Of a stretch of DNA of 64,000 bases, positions 41,801 to 53,660 are shown one piece after another. Made by a program: the position numbers and the translations under genes. This stretch comes from Balanoglossus misakiensis (lineage: Eukaryota; Animalia; Hemichordata), in the NCBI GenBank assembly GCA_040954595.2, contig CM082576.2:6637129-6701128 (forward strand), read 5' to 3'. The notes beneath the pieces were generated by a model. The model was not told the origin of the DNA and made no database searches. It was given only the letters and a program-made list of their open reading frames with translations. Position 1 is the stretch's first letter. Each line of letters begins with the position of its first letter.

Positions 41801-44800
41801 TTAGCATTGACATCTCAACTGTTTTGTATATTCCTTTCTCATAATCATCATCATCATCATCCCCCAGGAAGCTGTATCAAGCTGTCGATTTGCCCAGAGG
41901 GTTGCCATGGTGAAGAACGATGCCTTCCTTAACGAAGAAGTTGATCCAAAGCTGGTGCGTAATTTAGTCAAAGATTGGAGAGCAATAATTTACTCATGCG
42001 AAATTGAAATTTTGTGTTGTTATCAACTTTGTCGAGTATTCCTGGTTGTATATTCCAAATTTGAAAAGGGATTATATTGTATGATGGTTTTGTAAGTTAA
42101 AGGTATCATCATTGATTTCGTTATTTTTTAATCTTCTTCTCCAGATGATTCAGAGATTGAAACGAGAAGTCCAGGAATTGAAAGATCAGATCAATTTAGC
42201 CTCGGGAGAGCAGAGTTCAGAACCCCTAACTGATGAACAGATAGAAAGGTTAGTTTCCATCAGTTGACGCTGTTAGTATATGAAATCAATACAAGCATGG
42301 CTTATGAGAACAATCCACAGAATTTGACCGGATGTAGTTCATGGTTGGTTTAAATTTAGATCTCACTGCGAGTTTCTTTTGCCTTCCAGACTTAATGAAC
42401 TTATTAAATATTACCTTGAAGACACCGATCCAGAGGCAATACTCAACCTTGGTGCTGATATGAGAAAAATTAACAAGTCGTTTGGGATCATGAAGGTAAG
42501 CATTTGATAATGACTATTTTGCAGTCAGCTAGTCAGATTTCCACAGTTGAACTATACTCTACTGCACTGTGATATGGTTGAGAATTCTGCTTTATCTAAA
42601 TCCACCCTTGACTGCTGATCTAGGGGGCCTCTGTATATCAAGTGATGCTTGATGGAATTTTTCTGCTCGGATTGTTTCAGGGCATGATACTTGACAGAAA
42701 ACCTGTGATGCAGAGTTCCCCAAACAGACCTCAACAACCTGCAGAGGAAGAGGAGAAAGAGCAGCTGTCGTTTGTTCCCACGCCGACTGATAACAAAGAC
42801 ATCAAGAAGCTGAAGGACATCATTAGACAGAGAGACAATGAAATCAGTATCCTTATCACCTCAGTACTATAACAGTGGAGCATTCCTTCTGACAGAATCA
42901 GAATTTTGCAGTAGCCTTACTTCTCTTGTCAGCAAATCTTCCTTCCTCTCCTTGTTGAGCGTTTCCTTGACCTTTGACTTAAAGACATCTTGGTGAACAT
43001 GTTGAAGAAAGAGAAGAAACGAGCTCAGGATGCAATCAGCAGAGCCGAGAGCACAGGCCAGCCTCTCCACAGTACAAGTCAAAACGAGCTGTCCAACGGA
43101 CTCGTCAGATCAAATTCGAGATCCAGGCACAGATCGGTAGAGTCGTCGTCGCAGTTCTCCCAGTCGCAAGATCTTGCAGACAGATTGTCCAGGGCGAGGG
43201 GTTCGCATCACGGCGGCGGAGGGGAGACGCAGGCGCATTCAGTGAAAGATAGTAAACGGATTCTGGGTAAGCAGTGGTTGGAGACATTGCAGGCAGTGTG
43301 TGTTGTTGTTGTTGGCATAATTTAGAGGGAGCATCGTTCTTGTACCATGAACAAACACGGACGATGTCTGCAGGCAACTTTGATTAAAGTAACTTTCAGC
43401 ACACCCATACTTGCCCATAAAGCAATCAGAAAGTGATCACATTAGCAACAGCAGCAAAGACGTCCAATGGCCTGCTGAATGCCAGATTTGTGTACTATAT
43501 CTAGTTAATTCATTTCTTTCAGGCGATCTGTCTGTTGGCAGGCAGGAGGCCTTTGAGATATTCCGCAGAGACTACATGCACAACACAAACATCGAAGACA
43601 ACAAACGCACTCTGAAGCAGAGGTACACAGAAGCCAAGTCACTGGGCCAGGAAGTCAATCATTCAAGAGTCAGAATAAGTAAGTTACAGTGAACTGGGAT
43701 GTCGAAGAAAACTTATGTTTACTGTATATACAATTAACACCCGCAATAACAGACATAACTTTCTACATGAAGGATGGGGACTTCTATGTCACGCATTTCA
43801 CAGTTGCCCCCTTGCATTGCTGGTCGAGGTTACTTCCTTTTCACTGCAGTGACGTTGAAAGCTCAAGAAGCAACATGCTAACTTTCTGTGTCATGTCTTT
43901 CTGTTTTCAGATAAATTGAAGGGACAATTAGAACATCACAGAATGCAGAAAGCAGTAAGAGGTAGGTCCAAGCATAGACTTAAGTCTCCAAGCTGTCATA
44001 GCACTCTGTATTTTCTTTGGATGTCAGATTCTACTTGTGAAATGCGACGTTGCGACTACGTAGACTGTGTTTCCTCCTTGATGAAGTCATCAGGGTGATT
44101 GTTGTATTGGTTTGAGCCCTGGCATGACTGCGGTGTTGTCCTTGATGTACAACTCAACTCGACTTTGTTTTCCACCCTATTTTACTTTTACACCAGGACT
44201 CAGCGAAGGTGAGGACAGTAATGAACCGGACGAAGTTGAGCAGCAACTCAGATATGAAATGGAAGATGAAAAAGCAAAGTGAGTTCGCAGGGAAGCAGCT
44301 GATTTCATAAAACCTGCTGTGTTGAACTTGTGACAAACCAGTACACTAGTATCTACTGTTATATTCTAACCAGTAGTTGGACTGGTGACGGAAAGGAATA
44401 GATGATCATTTTCCAACAGACTGGCTGTAACAACCGCTGTGTAATACTTTAAAAATTTGATCTTTTCGACATTTAATACAACTCACTCACCATCTTTAAT
44501 GACAGCCTTCCAACACAGTCCCATTGCTAATTACTACCTATGTCTTTGTCGCCCTAAAGGTACAAGCAGACATTCAACCGTCTGAGGGTGCTGAAGACGG
44601 AAATAGAACATTTACAGCATTTACTGGAGAAATCCAAACTCCAGCTTCAAAAAGATTTTGAAGTCTGGTGGGCAGAAGAAGCAGCTAGACTTCAGGCACA
44701 CAAACAGCAGAGTCAGAAACTGCGCGAACACCTGCCCCCACCAAGGGAGCCGTCCAATGCATGGAGGACCCCGCCCGTTTCCCCCCAGAAACCACAGGGC

Positions 44801-45442
44801 AACGACGCCCCTCCGTCCAATCCGTACCAGGGTGCCAGATACTTCCAGGGGGAGGAAAATGCGAGGAGGGCTCCTCTGCCACCAACCGGGCGTCACAGTG
44901 CATCCGGAAGTCACTATCCGGAGGGTCGGGCGGAAGCTGGTTATGATGCCCAGTATGCACAGGGAAACAGAAGACCAAGGTATGTGCTCATTTTACGTTT
45001 ACTTTATCTTCTGAATCTAGAGTGGCTATATCATTGTTTACAGTCATCATCTCGCATGTTACTCTCTTAAAAGATGAGATAATGTGCAGTGGTTTTGCGA
45101 AGTTGTCTCTGAAATAAATTTAGTTGGTCAGTAGTTTCTTGGTAGAACCAGGTGATGATCATTTCTCTTTTCGGTCTTCTTTTCATTGCAGGGGCTCAGC
45201 TGACGGAGGCAGCAGTATTCCAATGACAGGTGACAAGAAAACCGACGCAGACATTATGGCATTCATTGCAGCCAGGCAGAACTTGCTGCATCAAAGAGGT
45301 CAGTCTTTGTATTCTGTTGTCTGCTGTTTTCAACTTTTGGCTGAGTAGTAGGTGCGTGTATCAAGAGAGGCATTGTTGTCGCCAGTAGATTGTGACACAC
45401 CTTATTTTTTCTCGCACCCTGACAGGTCAAGCACCTAGGTAG
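38817..45442 (+). CDS. KIF6: Kinesin-like protein KIF6 (kinesin-9 family)
   Basis: 20 coding exons splice in frame. Segments: [14 protein letters not shown]; P-loop [11 protein letters not shown]|[24 protein letters not shown]; YVSYLEIYN; [14 protein letters not shown] (switch I); KLHLVDLAG|SER (switch II); [21 protein letters not shown]; KIF6-type QRDNEI|[36 protein letters not shown] and C-terminal [21 protein letters not shown]. Stop TAG at 45440-45442, AATAAA near 45717. Confidence 0.95.
41134..41438. mobile_element. MITE-like interspersed repeat, copy 1 (KIF6 intron)
   Basis: Imperfect TIRs ATATTCTTTACTATCAA / TTGATAGCGAAGAATAT. Perfect internal 18-bp inverted repeat TTTCCAGATGACGGGCAA (41187) / TTGCCCGTCATCTGGAAA (41360). 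Homologous to 61680-61969. Confidence 0.8.
42847..42984 (+). other. U12-type (minor spliceosome) GT-AG intron in KIF6
   Basis: 5' splice site GTATCCTT at 42847. Branch point TTCCTTGAC at 42963-42971, with the AG at 42983-42984 and only a short pyrimidine stretch. Splicing restores DNEI-N-ILVNML. Confidence 0.88.
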
Positions 45443-46254
45443 CAGATAGGTCCATCACCATGGTGGCAGTACTTAACCGAGTTGGCGGGGTCGTCGTCAA
45501 GGCAGCAGATGATGGACAGTGTGAGAAGTGAGCTGTTGTGAAGCTCTGCAGTTGCTGGACCTGAGAAATATTTAGACCTATTTAACATGATTTATACAGA
45601 AGACTGAAGATACAACAGACCATTGCCTACTTACCCATAATTGACAGACTGGGCCTCTCCGCTATAAAGTGTAGTTATATGTATTCGATCTGATGACCTA
45701 GATTTTGTAAATAATGAATAAAAGCATATTTTGTATCTTTCCTAAATGATTGGTTTATTTTCATGCATATTTACTTACACTCAAATGGAGGCCCAGAATG
45801 CAGGCCCTGGGAATTGTGTGTGTATTTGTTGTTCTGGCTGACCGCTCTGATTTTACATTTTATGTTTGACTGACATATTTATTTGGTTTTTATTTATTTA
45901 TTGAATCGTCTGTTTGTTTGTTTGTTTGTTTACATGAAAAAGACGCCTACTTCGCCTACTAAGTCTTGGCGTACATGCTTCCATATCTGAGGCTCCTCCC
46001 AAGACGACTACTAGTATCTTTCGTCTGTTGTGAAATCGCGCCCTCAACGAACAAGAAAGAAGGTGAAAAGATCGTCCATAAATAAATCACAGTCGACATG
46101 CGGGTCTTTTTAACCTCTAATATTCAGGTAACGACAATTTGTAAACGTATTTTAATATACATACCTAACAGCATAAATGTAAGAAACCCCAGAAGGCAGT
46201 ATAAACGGCAGTACACGGCCAGGCAATGTAGTTATTGACCATGAATACTAGATA

Positions 46255-46292
46255 AGGTCAGGGGTGAACTAAAGTGTCAAGGCCAGAGGTCA
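46255..46292 (+). promoter_or_regulatory. Cluster of nuclear-receptor half-sites upstream of the SLC16 ATG
   Basis: AGGTCA-gggg-TGAACT (inverted repeat, 4-nt spacer) at 46255-46270 and AGGCCA-g-AGGTCA (DR1) at 46280-46292. TATAAA near 46200. Confidence 0.4.
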
Positions 46293-46298
46293 ACTAAG

Positions 46299-46333
46299 GT
46301 GACAACATGGAGGTAGTACCTCCATGGTGACAA
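46299..46333. mobile_element. 21-bp palindromic insertion with 7-bp target-site duplication
   Basis: GTGACAA-[CATGGAGGTA g TACCTCCATG]-GTGACAA. Confidence 0.75.
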
Positions 46334-46428
46334 AGAGTGCTCTAGTTCAGGTACCAGCGTACACGTAGACATTGTGCAGGCTCCCCTACTTATGAACGGT
46401 TCTTGGTCCGTTCTCAGAGACCAGCACA

Positions 46429-48757
46429 ATGAAAAAGAAGAGGCTGTCCAGCGTTAGCAAAGTCCAACCGGACGTACTTGACGGAGCATATGGATGGTTT
46501 GTGGTCGCCGGATGTTGCATATCCCTGTTCTTCTGCCTTGCCGTCAACGCCTCAATGGGACCGTTCTTCGTGGCGTTCCGAATATATTTTCAAGAAAGCG
46601 CTGGCATGACCTCATGGATCAGTGCGACTGTCTCATTCCTTACTCTGACTGTGGGTAGGTTTAATTGTATAATTTTATAGCTCTTGTGTACATATGTGTA
46701 CATGGTGTAAGGATATGGATGCAACACGTTGCACAATCATTGTTTTGATTGCGCATGTGTCATGTTTAGCTTCTTGCGCATGTATCATGATAGCTTCTTA
46801 TTATATGAAGTGGCAAAATATTTCTGATCTTGTATAAATCTCTGTTTGAATACAAAGAACAAAGTCAATGTCAACGTGAGTCAGCAGATACTGACTGTCA
46901 CCTTTGATACCTATGCACAGCTGACAACATTTCATATCTCATTTTGTGTATATTTCTCTATTCAATTGTCACTCAGGTCCGATTGGTAATAAAGCCACCA
47001 CAAGGTTTGGCTGCCGCTTGGTAATTATAGCAGCTGGCATATTATCGTCTCTAGGATTTATATTGAGTTCTTTTGCTGTGTCCATTTATATGCTGTATTT
47101 TACTATAGGCATACTTGTTGGTAAGTGACTGTTTATTATACCAATAAGGATATGAGATTAGAATTCTCACACAAGTTAGGGGTATTTGTCACATACAAGC
47201 TGCAGGCGAGCGTGAGACAAAATATCCATAATTGTGGGAAGTCAAATCTTATCCAATGTCCCTGTTATAGATTCAATTTCTCACTTGGCCACAAATTTGT
47301 TAAAATCCCTTTGAAAACATTGGATAATTGTCTGCGTAACTGGCGCCTGGTATTTTGTAGTTTCTGTCTAATATATGGCCTGTCTAAGCCAATTCAAAGG
47401 ATTGACTGATACAGACAATCTAGCAGAAACCCCAACAGAGAAAGCCAGTTAGATGACAACATATCATAACACCCTTTCAATATGGAAATCTTATATGTAA
47501 CACTAATTGGAATTGCCATAGCACTTATAAAGACATATTTCATGTATTTTATAATATCTGACTTTCAGGATTCAGCTATGGGCTTATTTTCAGTCCATGT
47601 GTGGCCTTCCTAGGGAAGTATTTCAACAAGAGGCATGCCTTGGCCAACAGTTTGGCATTCGCAGGGGTTGGAATCGGCATCATCAGCCTCTCGCCGCTCT
47701 TCCAAAAACTGATAGATGTGTACGGCTGGAGAGGGGCCCTGTTGTTGTTGGGCGGCATGAACTTGAACTTGTGTGTGGCCGGATCCCTGTATCGCCCTCC
47801 TCCGGTGCTTCTGAAGGATCGTGGAACGAAAGAGGGCGCGACGGAAATCATGCTGTCTGCGAATGGAGGTCTCCCACAGAACGGCCACAGGAAAGAAGAC
47901 TCGACCGCCGAGAAGAGATGCGACCCTTGTGTTGTCTTCACGTTCTTTGGAATACGGTGCTCCCTTCTGCGCGACAGCTATCAGTACGCCATGCTGCCGT
48001 ATGTCTTGCTCGTCATGGGTTTCGGGTACTACGGCATCGTGGTGCATCTCCTGCCGCGCGCGGTTGCCAAGGGCGTGGAGGCGAACAGGGCGTCGCTGCT
48101 GGTCTCCGTCTTGGGCGTTCTCTCCCTCCTCAGCAGGTTCGCGCACGGCTGGCTGCTGCACGCCGTGACGTTCATCAGTGCCTTCCAGCTGTGCGTCGGC
48201 AGCATGGTCGTGTGCGGACTTGCCACGTGTCTGAGTGGCCTGGCGTGGTCGTTTGAGTCGATGATGGTCTACTGTGTTTTGCTGGGACTCACGTCTGGCA
48301 TCTTTCTTCCCGTGGTGCCGGTGGTCGTTAAAGATTTCCTGGGCGGACACAACCTGGGCATAGCTTTTCCGCTTGTCAACATCTTCATGGGCGTGGGCAG
48401 TATCATGGGGCCTCCTGCATCAGGTAAGGTTCCTCAAGCTCCTATTTGTATGTAACAGTGTGGTGGGAGCTGATCTTGAACTCTCTATAATTGGTGTCTG
48501 TATGTTTTATTTCTTTCTTCTAACTTGAAGAATGGTTTTCATTTCTTTTCTCAGGTTGGCTGTATGACATCACGGGGGATTATGACATTCCATTCTATGT
48601 CATCGGCGCGGTGCTCATGTCGACCGCTGTCACTCTTTTCATGGCACCCTGCCTCAAACGCCTGGACGAGAGATTGGACGCGGCGGAGTTCGAAGCCTTG
48701 CCCAGTAGACCGTGCGATGAGATCGAAATAGTTGACAGCAAAACAAGCACTGTGTGA
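46429..48757 (+). CDS. SLC16 / monocarboxylate-transporter-family MFS transporter (subfamily not assignable by eye)
   Basis: Four exons at about 46429-46654, 46977-47120, 47569-48424 and 48555-48757. SLC16 motifs DGAYGWFVV, RFGCRLVII, YFNKRHALANSLAFAGVG, YGWRGALLLLGG and GPPASGWLYD. Ends KTSTV*. AATAAA at 48936. Confidence 0.93.
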
Positions 48758-49680
48758 TGGTGTACCAGTCACCTGCAGTGCCGTGATGCGGTGCATGGAT
48801 GTGCATGTGCTGTCCAAGTAGACCCCAACATTCTGTTTGTTGGCTGTGAGATTATGAGATTACAAAGTGGGGAGCACTGTGTCCAGTGGTGGAACGGTTT
48901 GTTGGAAATTAGTCAGCAAATGACCAATTACTGCCAATAAAGTATGTGACACAATTGAATGTAGAGATTCTACATTCTAAAAAGGGCAAGTGCAAAAAAA
49001 CAAAATCGAGGTATAAAAGTAGATTATGCAGATGAGACTACAGTCTCAAGCTTACAGGCAAATTACAACATGACAGTGTCTGTCTGTCTGTCTGTCTGTC
49101 TGACATTCCCCATGGTTCTTTCTGGCTTGTCGTGCCTGTAGCAAAAATCCCGGCTGAAATGCAATGTGATCGAACGTAAATGAATGATTATTTACAAGCT
49201 TGAAAGAAATACAAGTTATCTCGTTGCTAGAAAATAATTGAGGCATTTAAAATGTTGCATTTAAATAATACCAGATGCTGCGTAAACAAGCTGTATCAAT
49301 AATACTTTATTTGCAATGTAACAACGCCCCCCTGTGACCGAGGAATGAATCTATCACATTTAACCATATGAAGAAGTGAATACGCATGCGTGAACCTTTA
49401 TACTGTTGGTTATTTTAGAGTTTCTATGTTGTGAAAAGTAAAGTCACCCGAATCAAGAATTTTTAATGCGTAAACACATCCCATAAAATTTGTATCACGC
49501 TGTTAGTATTACTGTTAAATCATGGTTGTTGAAATTACAAATACATGTACTCTACAATTACACACTTTATCTTCAAACTCGCACAGTTGTATTCGGATCC
49601 TTCTCCCTGAGTATTCAATGCGAATTTGTACTTATTATCAACGAATTCATACATGCAAACCGCCCACAGGATCATCCTAG

Positions 49681-49909
49681 CCCGGGGAGGTACTCCCACA
49701 CTGTTTGCATACTACAAATACTGACCGATTGTTAGGGGTTTCTAGTCACGAAGGTATTCTTCTCCAAAGTATGGAAACGTTTCCTATGATATTGGACATG
49801 GATGTTTGCGTTTTTGAGGCTGAAAAGCCGACCCATGCATGTACAGAGAAATGTGGTCCGTCCAACGGCACATACCCGCACACTTTTCTATAGGAGTACC
49901 ACCCCCGGG
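49681..49909. mobile_element. 229-bp MITE with CCCGGG termini and 8-bp target-site duplication
   Basis: CATCCTAG-CCCGGGGAGGTACTCC ... GGAGTACCACCCCCGGG-CACCCTAG. The TSD has 1 mismatch. Confidence 0.8.
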
Positions 49910-51503
49910 CACCCTAGACACCAACGGGCCTTGTCTCTGTCTAGACAGATCGGGATGTTGCCAAGATCGATTCAGATGATTTTGTCTGCATCATTTGACG
50001 CTGAAAATTGATTTCGCGTGTCGACGTGAAACCATTTTCAACATATACCTATAAAGACTATGTTGGAAATCAGAGAACTGAATATGTTAGCTTTCTATCA
50101 GGGTAAAAGGGATATACACTGAACAAAAATACTGAGAGAGAATCGACAAAAATATAGATAATCGTCATAGGATAACCAAGCTTGGGATGACGGCCAGGCG
50201 CGCACGTGCCGAGCGCCCGCAGGCGACTTCAGCTCAGATTCTGGTTTACGGACGTAAAATGAAATTGTGCAAGGCCTGCTGCATCCCTCTAAACATAACA
50301 TTTCAAATTAATTGAATGTGCAAAATAAACTACCGTACATGTACGTGTCAATGAATGAAACCCTAAAACATGTAAATAAGTATTAGGATTGTATGACATC
50401 AAGAAGTTCTTTTTGATAGATTTCCGGGAATTGGAAATTAAACCTGCCCCCCCCCCAAAAAAGGTGCACACTGTTCAGATGAAAAATATGCTCAACGGCA
50501 GTGCTCAAGATTATATTTGATATTCATATTATAAATAGAGTACGCCACATTTTGACATTACATTTCTAAAATTTTGTAAATATACATAAAATTATACAAA
50601 AGTGAATTCTAGAGCTGTCACTACATCACCAATTCTGTCTCCCAGAAAGTGAACTATTTTACTAATTAATTTGTGAGCCCTCTTCACAAACAATATATAC
50701 ATGTACTTACAGGGTAATTCAAAACACAAAATCGCTCCTGGCTTTTGACCCAAGAGAAAATGATACACTACTGTGCTAGTGAAATTACATTCATTGCTGT
50801 ACGCAATTCTAAGTAAAGGAAAATACTGAGGGGATTTATATCTTGAAATGGTTAATTGAAAACGTGCCGAAATTTTAACAGCCTTGTTGAAAACTCGGCC
50901 AGAATATTAATAGGTCGGCCCAGTATTATACGTCCCATTCTCGAGCAAGGTGTACAGCGTTCAATTTTTGCGTCATCAAAAGTGGGAATGGACACCCGAG
51001 TGTAGGGACTACTATACGCATTGATCGTTTTATGTTTTTTTAAGAATCGGACGGAACGAATGTCATGATGCCGGAATACTGAAGAAAACAGTTCGAATAT
51101 TCAATCGAACTCCTCTGAAAAATAATCGATACTGTGACTGCTTGAGTCTGTCCTTGAAGGGTATACACTAAACCTGAAACGAGAGGGGGGAGAGTAGCGA
51201 GAGAGAAAAGATAGATAGGGGAGAGAATAGAATAGAGAGGGGGAGAAGGTACAGACAGAGACAGAGAAAAATTAATATAAGTTGATGGGTGTATACATAA
51301 CCATTTTCTCACGAAAATTTTTTTGGGGAAAGTAAGATATTTTCATACGAAACCTAAGAACAGAGTGATTTCTGGTTACGTTTATTGTGCTTTTAATTGC
51401 ATTCTTATTTGTATTGGTTAACATATTTTGGTCATATTTCAGCAAACAGACATTTCGGTCATCTTTTTCATCTTTTAGCAAATAGTATTTGAACGGATTT
51501 ACC

Positions 51504-53607
51504 TCAGATGTTGTTGTGAATTTGTCGAAATCTCAGCAACTCCTCTTCGGCTTTCCTACACGACCCACTGCTGTGGGGGAACGTGGTCGTGGCCACAGTG
51601 TTCAGAGTCAGCTCGGCATTCTGACTCATGGTCATCGTGTGCGTGCCGCTGTCGTCAACGTGTCGCTGCGAATCACGATGTTCGAGTATCTGTCGGTCGG
51701 AAAATTTCGATGGAATCAAGGTCAGCGAGTTGTAAAAAGGGTTGTCTCTTTTTTGAAGTATTCATATGTTTAGTGCAATCACTTTTGTCACCTTCATCAC
51801 GTTACAAATGGGCTTATGGATGCAGTGTCCTGGGAGATGTGGGGCTTCGCCTATAGCCCAAATACACATCACCATGTAATGCGTTAAAAATTGAGACAGA
51901 CATAACCCACCTTTGGCACAAATACAATGCAAAGTGTCATAGTCGTGCAGAAGATGGCACACAACGAAGTGATAATGAACTTGAGATCCTTCTGCAGTGG
52001 GGTAAGAAACATCGTTGTAGGGGCGCCGACACAGCAGAGCACGGTGACATTGTAGACAGCGAAGCCGATGTAACGAGAGTCGTTCAGTTGAGCATACTTC
52101 ACCTGGTCATGAATCAAAGAGAAAACGGAGTTTAGTTTAACTTACTCGTATCAGTCGCTTGCATGAATTCATAAACCTGCCAATGATTGTATGAAACTTG
52201 GATGTACATGTATTTCCTACCTCCATGTATGAAACCGTCGCGTAAAGATTAATACAACGTGCACAGAGGAAGATGTATACCCACACTTACTTTTCGAGTT
52301 TCCCAGGCCAAAAAGACCCCAAACACCAAAATGAGCCCTTTGTAACCTAACAGGAGGGACAACCAAACCACTTCGTGTTGCGATTCACAAGCCTCCACTA
52401 CGGGTATAATCATTAAATCAAGTCCGTTGGCCTCCTGTTGGGGGGAAATAAGATAAAAAGGGTTTATTTTCTAAGATGACGCTCATTCCTTGGAGTTGCT
52501 TCTTGACGCGTTCGTATCATGGTGGTCCAAAAGAGCAGTCTGTACACATAAAATAAAGGGTACTACGTGAATGAAATATAGTACATAAACGCCTCATGGT
52601 ATAGGTCCGTTATCCACATAGAATTGTCATAGCTTTTCTGTTACAAATGTACTTTTAATTCCATTTCTTTAAAATTCATTGGGGTTGGCATCCATTTAAA
52701 AAAAACATAACGTATCAACCTACCACAGCTGGGTATTCTTTGAAATGTGATACTTCAGGATCAATGACGGACCACAACCCCAGTATAACTGAATCTAAAC
52801 CCAGCATGCACAGGACGATTCCAAACAAATGCAAATCCCGGATTTTCTAGATAGGGAAACAGATATCGTATCCATGACAATGTTATAAACGTAGCTGAAG
52901 TCCAGCTTTAAACAAGGTATTACAAGTGAATCTGCCACGATCGAAGTCTCCATTTTATCGCTACAGACACTTGCCAGTGCTGAGATCGTTCTGAAATTGT
53001 CCCTCACTCACAACCATGATAAAGTTCCTGTCAGTGACAGTGTTAATTTTGTGTGTCACTATAGTGCCATTAGAAGCGACATACAGTACTTACCACAGTC
53101 TTAACCCTCTTATTGGTAAATATTTTGTGAACTCGCCACGTTTTACTGAACATAGAACCGAAACTCAGCGTGAAACCGAAGCACAATAGCCACGTCCTGA
53201 GCTGCAGGAAAATAGAATGGTGAAACATAATGTTCTGCCTTTCTGTGTTTTGTATAGACAATTACTTACTAGTACGTCATAAAAACAATAACGCTAAAAT
53301 ATATTATTATGTCTATATAATACCCTTTTACTGCTCGCCTACGAATCCGTAAACAACTCGAACGTTTTTTCGTTTGTTTAGGTCTCTAATGTCGCGACTC
53401 ATAAAGATCATACAATTCGGAACAAACTGGATTACCTGGCAAAGAGTTGTAACACTTAAGGATGTGAATATCCCGTTGCCTCCCAAGAAAAACACGGCAA
53501 GATATACCAACACTGCTCCAGCCACGATAGAATTGTTCAAGTTAGGGCTCGACATCTTTATGTATCTACAAGGAATAAAACATGTTGAATGCAAGTAAAT
53601 TAACATT

Positions 53608-53660
<53 letters not shown>

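Noticed and set aside
47576-48350. Long overlapping ORFs (219 aa +, 246 aa -, and others)
   Set aside because: Shadow frames of the GC-rich SLC16 exon 3, with no recognisable protein features.
48758-48940. 60 open codons in frame after the SLC16 TGA (possible readthrough or selenocysteine)
   Set aside because: The context is TGA-T rather than the leaky TGA-C, the protein already ends in a plausible PDZ motif, and I recognised no SECIS. An open stretch this long can occur by chance.
51790-51860. Nearer acceptors after the GPCR FVPK exon
   Set aside because: They give stops within about 10-17 codons and have poor pyrimidine tracts. The acceptor at 51690 gives a more plausible tail.
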